Shown in pieces: positions 56,965 through 64,000 of a stretch of 64,000 nt of DNA. The position numbers and the translations under genes were made by a program. The notes beneath the pieces were generated by a model. That model was not told the origin of the DNA and searched no databases. It was given only the letters and a program-made list of their open reading frames with translations. The first letter of the stretch is position 1. Each line of letters starts with the position of its first letter. This DNA comes from Eledone cirrhosa (taxonomy: Eukaryota). The stretch is taken from contig OZ024742.1 of the NCBI GenBank assembly GCA_964016885.1, forward strand, positions 176,142,001-176,206,000, in the 5' to 3' direction.

Positions 56965-57420
56965 ATAATAATTGTGTTTACTTTTGGCACAAGGCCTGCA
57001 ATTATCCCAGTACATTATTGGTGTTTTATTTTAAGTTAACCTCGGCAGGATTTGAACTAAAACCGTAATAATGATAATTTTTATTATTATTATTAAGGCT
57101 GTGAATTGGCAGTATCAGTAGAGGGTTGGACACCATGCTTTCCAGCATTGAGTGACACCGCTTTATGGTCTGAGTTCAAATCCCGCTGAGGTTAACCTTG
57201 CCTCCCATCCTTATGGGCTCGGTAAAATAAAGTACCAGTAACGCACTGGAATAATTGCTGGCCTTGTGCCAATAGTAGAAACAATTATTATTAGGGTGGT
57301 TGTTTGGCTGAATAGTTAGTGTCAGACATAAATGCTTTATGGTGTTTGTTATGGTTCTTTATGTTCTCTATTCAAATCCTGCCAAGATCAACTTTGCATT
57401 TCATCTTTCTATGTTTGATT
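56965..57420. mobile_element. Cluster of three SINE family 1 copies
   Basis: - copy 56970-57060; + copies 57095-57290 and 57292-57420. Confidence 0.75.
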
Positions 57421-57424
57421 AATA

Positions 57425-58320
57425 TTAAGGGATAGTAAACTTAACTCAATTAATAAAAATATTATAACTAAAAATCCTAACACATCCTTATAACTATGAG
57501 AATGATGAAAAGGAATTTGATCTAAATCACTAAACCCTGCATTCATAAAAATAAGAATATAATGCTGCACATACTCCCATAACATGGAGTTGCACAAGAT
57601 AAGGTAATGGAAACTTGCATGAGACATTTAAGAAATAATGGTTTCTAACATAGGTAAACACCAACAATTTGGAGAAGAAGATAATTGATTACATTGACAT
57701 TTAACTGGTACATTATTTTATCAACCTCAGAAGGAGGAAATCAAAGTTGAACTAGGCAGGATTTGAACACAGAACACTGAGAATACTGCCCCCATTACAT
57801 TCAGTAATGTAATGAGGGTCAGCATAATTGACTGTCCTTTTCCCAAATTTGTCTGGCCTTGTGCCTTAATTATAAATCATTATTGTTTCTTTGATAGAAG
57901 GTAGTGGATTGGCAGTATCATTAGAGCGACAGACAAAATGCTCTCTGGTATTTCTTTCGGCTCTCAGTCTTCTGTGTTCAAATCCTGCCTAGTTCAACTT
58001 TGATTTCCTCCTTCTGAGGTTGATAAAATAATGTACCAGTTAAATGTCAATGTAATCAATTTTCTTCTTCTCCAAATTGTTGGTGTTTACCTATGTTAGA
58101 AACCATTATTTCTTAAATGTCTCATGCAAGTTTCCATTACCTTATCTTGTGCAACTCCATGTTATGGGAGTATGTGCAGCATTATATTCTTATTTTTATG
58201 AATGCAGGGTTTAGTGATTTAGATCAAATTCCTTTTCATCATTCTCATAGTTATAAGGATGTGTTAGGATTTTTAGTTATAATATTTTTATTAATTGAGT
58301 TAAGTTTATTATCTCCTAAT
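57425..58320. repeat. Near-identical inverted duplication (arms about 360 bp, spacer about 180 bp)
   Basis: 57425-57782 versus 57963-58320; the ORF track shows the same 66-residue prefix on opposite strands. Confidence 0.95.
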
Positions 58321-58899
58321 ATATTAGCAGATGCAGAAAATTTCATTCCTGCAAATCCTTTGGTGACAACTATTCATATTAAACTCCTGTTAATGTACCG
58401 CATTAGTCCCATTTTGTTCTGGGATTTATCTTGTTTCTGTTATTTTAGTGTTTGTTCTGTTTTATATTATATGCGTAATGTGAGTTATATTATTTTATTG
58501 GGTATTTATCTTGAAGAGTGTAGGCAGCAAATTAGTCATTAGAATATTGGATAAAATGCTTTATGGTATTTGTTCAAACTCTCTGCTCTTTGAGTTCAAA
58601 TCTTGATCCTTTCGATAAAAAAAATATGTACGACTCTAGTACTAGGGTTGATTCTTCCTCTACATCTCTTTCTATCTTCCCCTCTCTCATATTCTATCTT
58701 TCTCTGGAAGGAATCTACTGTGTTCAGACCAGAAGAGAGATGCCCAAGAAACACCATATGCCACTATGGTGTCCCTGCAACTCCATCAGGCATTACAGAA
58801 CCATACCAATCATGAAGAATGTATATTAATGAGTTGTGCTGTTTTATTTTATTTTATTTTTATTTTATAGGGTGTGTGGAGATTGTTATCTTTGAGTTG

Positions 58900-59300
58900 T
58901 GCTATTAAATCAATAATGTCTATTCATAGCAGAGCAGTTTTTTGGATAGTAGGTAGTACTGTGAACCTTGTTATGGTTTACTTGTTGCTGTTTATATATT
59001 TTTAAACATGCTTTTGTTTATATTTCCTTGACATCCCAAATGCTCGGATTGTAAGTGGCACTGGTTTCATGATCAGCTCCCACATTTTGCAGATTTAAAT
59101 TTCAAGATTCTTTAAAATTCTTGTATATTGACAGTTTTTCCAATATTTAAGACAGACGGGATGTGTTTCTTCTCCAAGTCCTTATTATTATATTTGAACA
59201 GTTTAACATGACTTTTATGTCAGTTTCAACAGGCATATCCAAGGTGATTGTGGCCAGATTCTTATCATGTGTTATGATGTTTATCACTCCTTATCTGTTT
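58900..59300 (-). mobile_element. Degenerate R4/Dong-like LINE 3' end
   Basis: Translates TITLDMPVETD...LEKLSIYKN...KMWELIMKPVPLTIRAFG...IQK. Confidence 0.6.
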
Positions 59301-60984
59301 TCACATCAAGGTTTTGGCATATTACCTACTGGACATAGCTGCCTACTCAACCAGGTCAGTGTATATATATACATGGCAAGGACTAAGATGCTGGAGTTAA
59401 TGTGGATGATCACCATATTGTACATATATTCTTGACTGCATTTGGTGTTAAAATCCGTTTTTCCTATTTTGTTCTTATAGTTTTTTGTGGCCTGATGGTG
59501 TGAGAATAAATCCTTCCATCTCTGCATTTAGTCCAAAGAATTGGAGCCATTGTTGAATTCCTCCATAGCACACTTCTTCTCTGTCATGCCTTGCAGGGTT
59601 TAGTACGTTTTCATGTACTACCTTTGTCTCTTTAACTATTTTTGTTGTGTTGTTATCTAAATTTATGGTTTCAATATAGTTTCTGTTTTCTACCTTATTT
59701 TATCCTTGTATATAGAGAAAAATTATTATTCTGTAATGTTTATTAGTGTTATCTATGTTGTTATTTTCATTTATTTATTCCTATTACACATTTATTATTA
59801 TTATAAAAAAAATCATTATTATTTATACATTATTCATATTTATTTACATTTTATTACTATTATTATTTTTTTTTTTACCATTTTCAAAGAGCAGTGGTGG
59901 TTAATTATATTATATAGGTAACTATTTTGAAGGCTGTCTGTTTAACAAATAACAACAAAAATAACAACTGCAACTATGACAACACATCGATGTAGATGTA
60001 GGTTTTTGTTGAAATAACAAAGAGTTAGTCCGGTAAATTCTATGTGAAAATGTCACCATGTTTGTTAGAGGTGATAGCCTCAGGAGAAATGCTGCAAACA
60101 ATTTTGTCAGAGAATATGTTACAAAATTAGATTTCTTGTAGACAAAGGTTGATGTTAAAGAATACCTTATCATTCAATAGTCTAGCAGGATTGGTTGGCT
60201 GAGGATATAGCGATTTAGCTTCAGGCAATACATAACTTTTTTTCAAAAGTTGAGATAATTCACCAAAGATACTTGTATGCTATTCTCTTAATGATGATGT
60301 CCAAATGCATGATGGAACAATATAAAATAAGTACAGCTGTTTTGTTGTTGTTCTTTTTGTGTGTTCTCTGCCATTTAATTGTCTTGTACTAGACATTTTA
60401 GTTCATGTTTCTACCGACATGTATGTATTCATATCCCTTTCTGTCTCTTTATTTCTTTGCTTCTCATTCTGACTCTTCTTTCGCCCATGCAAACTTCCTT
60501 ATATCTGTCACTTGTTCCCCATTTTCTCTCCTTCTATATCTCTTTCTTTTTCCTCCTCCTTACTCTCTCTTTCTTCCCCTTTCTCTCCCTCATTCTCTCT
60601 CTCTTTCTTTGCCTTTCTCTCCCTCATTCTATCTCTCTCTCTCTATGCCCATATATACACACAAACATATATGCTAAGAGATAAATGTGTAAGTAAATGT
60701 ATACATACATAAATATATTTTGGAAAGTAACAACTTTTGCTAAGAGTTTCAGGTGCCCATGCAGTTGTGGGCAAACACAGACACACTTTTGACCTACCTG
60801 CTTTTGAGGGCTGCACGAGACCTGTGTTAATACTTTCTTTATTGATTCTGAAAAAAGTAAAAGTAAAAGTGGATTTCATTGGGTTTTGAACACTGGATGC
60901 AGAGCCTGAAACAAATATCCAATGATCTAACAGATCTGCCAAATCAGCAATCATTTATATATATATATATATATATATATAAGA

Positions 60985-61716
60985 TTGCTGACGATAGCTA
61001 ATAAGCTTGGAACTAGTACAGCGTTCCTTTGTCAGTGTTGAACAAATGAACAACGATGGTTGCTAGACACTACGGCTTAATACGGGATGTTTGTTTACAA
61101 ACACACCGAGCATTATAATAAATGTTCGGTGAATCCATACGTACATATATATATGTGTGCATGTATGTATATATACATACTAATGTACGTCTGTATGCAT
61201 ATATGTATGTACGTATACATACTTATATTTAAGTAACAGCCGTACTAAGAGTGAGAAATGAAATTTCGTTTCATTTTTTCCGTTTATCGTTTTCGGTACC
61301 CCGGCCGATTAACTCACTCGATATGCAAATTAGGCTGCTCAGCCGTTAATATGCATAAGGAAAGTATATACTTTCAGACGCTCAATCATCTGGCAGGAAG
61401 GTATACGTTGCTGAAGATAGCTAATAAGCTTGAAACTAGTACAGCGTTCCTTTGTCAGTGTTGAACAAATGAGCAACGATGGTTGCTAGACACTGTACGG
61501 CTTAATACGGGATGTTTGTTTACAAACACACCGAGCATTCTAATAAATGTTCGGTGAATCCATACGTACATATATATATGTGTGCATGTATGTATATATA
61601 TATACATACTACTGTACGTCTGTATACATATATGTATGTACGTATACATACTTATATTTAAGTAACAGCCATACTAAGCGTGAGAAATGAAATTTCGTTT
61701 CATTTTTTCCGTTTAT
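60985..61716 (+). mobile_element. Retrozyme-like partial tandem, 423-bp period, hammerhead in each unit
   Basis: 60985-61287 is repeated at 61408-61716; non-coding; starts at (TA)n. Confidence 0.85.
61405..61447 (+). ncRNA. Minimal type I hammerhead ribozyme
   Basis: ACGUUG-CUGAAGA-UAGCU-AAUA-AGCUU-GAAA-C-UA-G-UA^CAGCGU. The sister copy at 60985-61024 has GGAA in place of GAAA. Confidence 0.8.
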
Positions 61717-61951
61717 ACAAACATCAGAATGAAAAAATCCTTGTGTCTTTATTAACAGTGGATTTGAAAAACAAAAATATAACAGATATGAACGTGAGGC
61801 CGAAGGGAAAAAAAACGGGGGGGGGGGAGAATAATAAATAAGAATATATAACAACACACACGTATACACACACACCCACACGCACTCACATATACACACA
61901 TATATACATATATACATACACATATATATACACATAGACACATATACACAC

Positions 61952-61993
<42 letters not shown>

Positions 61994-62065
61994 ATATATA
62001 GAAACACCAACATATATATATATAAATATATACATATACATATATATTTACATGCACACACATAC

Positions 62066-62096
<31 letters not shown>

Positions 62097-62344
62097 CACA
62101 TATATATACATACACATATATATACATACACATACATACATACACACACACATACATACACACATGCATACGTACTCACATATAAAAGGATACATATAAG
62201 AACAAATAAGAATAGATAATCATAATAGGCCGTCACATACAAATAAGCAAATAAAAAATAAGGATTAACAAAATAAAAAATAAAAAAAATATTAAGTTGA
62301 GAGTGATACAAGACGGCAAAATTAAAAATAAATATAAAAATAAG

Positions 62345-62378
<34 letters not shown>

Positions 62379-62589
62379 GACCAAACGCACGTGGTAAGCA
62401 AATGCACAAAAAAACATAAATATATATATATACAAACCCATACACATATATATATATACATGTACATACACACACAAACACATATATACATATACACACA
62501 CGCATACGCATACATATAAATGTACAAGCACACCCCATACATATAAACACAGCACAGACACAAAAAGTATGTACATACAAATACATATA

Positions 62590-62676
<87 letters not shown>

Positions 62677-62932
62677 AAGTTTTATTTAAATTGTTGTGTC
62701 ACAACGAGTAAATATTTATAACTGATATAAAAGCACTCAACAAATATTTGGAGTATATTTACGATATTAAATAAATGGAAACTATATTTATAAAACCATA
62801 TTTTTTTCATTATATATATTTCAGGGATATCATATTAATATATAAATATAAGATATTCCGAGTTGAGTCGGAGGTAACCACAGTAAGTAAGGTACTCAAT
62901 ACATAGCAGAGTATAATAGTTTTAATACAGAA

Positions 62933-62985
62933 GAGCTTCTACAGGACGAGAACAGTTTCATTCGTGAGAAATCATCAGGAAGCTC
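62933..62985 (-). ncRNA. Type I hammerhead ribozyme family B
   Basis: GAGCUUC-CUGAUGA-UUUC-UCAC-GAAU-GAAA-CUG-UUCUCGUC-CUG-UA^GAAGCUC; perfect 7-bp stem I. Confidence 0.75.
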
Positions 62986-63025
62986 TGAAATAGTTCTAGT
63001 CCTGTAGAAGCTCTTCTATATTAAA

Positions 63026-63049
<24 letters not shown>

Positions 63050-63060
<11 letters not shown>

Positions 63061-64000
63061 GTTATACTTGGGGAGGGTCATATTTGTGTAATAATATTGC
63101 CAGAATTAATAACAGAGCACACTCACTGTTTGGTTGGTTTTCGCTTCTGTGTCTTTTATATCGGTTAATTTAATTTATTCGTTCCTCAATGTTACCATTG
63201 ACTGACCAACGGTCAAAAATACAGATATAATATAGGCACAAACACATATATATATAGTCTAACAAAGTTCTTTCGTTGCACATCTACAACATCGTCAGTG
63301 GTGCTATTATGTTTCCTCCTGTTGTATTGTATTCCTACGCCATCTTTATTTAGTCTGTTTATTTATTTATTTATTTGTTTTCTTCTCTGCGCATGCGTTT
63401 GCGTGTGTGTATAGTGTTTGATGTGTGTTCGTGTTTGGGTGACTGTGTATTGGTTATTGTATTCTATCTTAGTTTACTAGTGGGTGTTTATATGTTTTTG
63501 TTGTTATTGTGCTTTTGTATGTATTTATTTATTTATTTATACTTCTCTTAGGTTAGTATTGTTTGTTTGGGTGTTGTTACTCCATTCATCTTTTCTGTTT
63601 AGCCTTGGTCTTCTAAGTTCTATTTCGCGGGCCTCTCTGATTTGCCTATCTGCTGGGTCATTTCTGTTTAGATATTATTCTAATTTCTCTGTTGTCTATG
63701 TTACCGTCGTATTGTTGTCTGGCATGTTCGTATAGTACTGAATCGTTTTTTCGTCCTTTTATTTCCCCCTGTGTTGGTCCATCCTTTCACCTATGCTACG
63801 AGCTGTCTCACCTATGTATCTTGTTGTCATGTTTCTGCAAGTACCCTCTGTACATCTTATGCTATAGACTACGTTTCTAGTTTTACAGTTTATCCGGGGG
63901 TTTACTTTACATATAATACATTTCAAATTAGTACAGTGGGGCTTCTTAAAAGGGTAGGTTTGGCTGATCAGGTATTTTATGTTGGTTCCTGGCTTTCTAC
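63050..64000 (-). mobile_element. Penelope-like element 3' end (GIY-YIG endonuclease and pLTR)
   Basis: CTNLKCIIC...NCKTRNVVYSIRC...RYIGETARSIGERMDQH...IREAREIELRRPRLNRKDEW; partial hammerhead core at 63258-63305. Confidence 0.9.

Noticed and set aside
57409-58542. Two 'paralogous' MSHASF... ORFs
   Set aside because: A by-product of the DNA inverted duplication; no recognisable domain.
61323-61330. Octamer motif ATGCAAAT as promoter of the 423-bp unit
   Set aside because: A single 8-mer in AT-rich DNA with no accompanying PSE or TATA arrangement recognised.
63258-63305. Active hammerhead in the PLE pLTR
   Set aside because: CUGACGA, stem II and GAAA are present, but stem I does not pair.

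Overview
AT-rich animal genomic DNA with very dense microsatellites. The tRNA-derived SINEs, RTE tails ending in (GAT)n and (TA)n density suggest a cephalopod such as Octopus (inference). No intact protein-coding gene is visible, and most listed ORFs are microsatellite artefacts. Transposons that can be supported from the sequence: two Helitrons, an hAT transposon nested in an R4/Dong-type LINE, RTE and CR1 LINE fragments, Penelope-like elements (PLEs) and many SINEs. Two things stand out. (1) Several unrelated short non-coding repeats sit in (TA)n tracts as partial tandems or inverted pairs, and carry foldable type I hammerhead ribozymes (CUGANGA...GAAA...UH). One is a 423-bp retrozyme-like tandem with a hammerhead in each unit. 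(2) Decayed minus-strand exon-like segments from about 54.4 kb down to 8.0 kb resemble, in collinear order, the giant AAA+/E3 protein RNF213. All folds and protein similarities were judged by eye or from memory and need computational confirmation.
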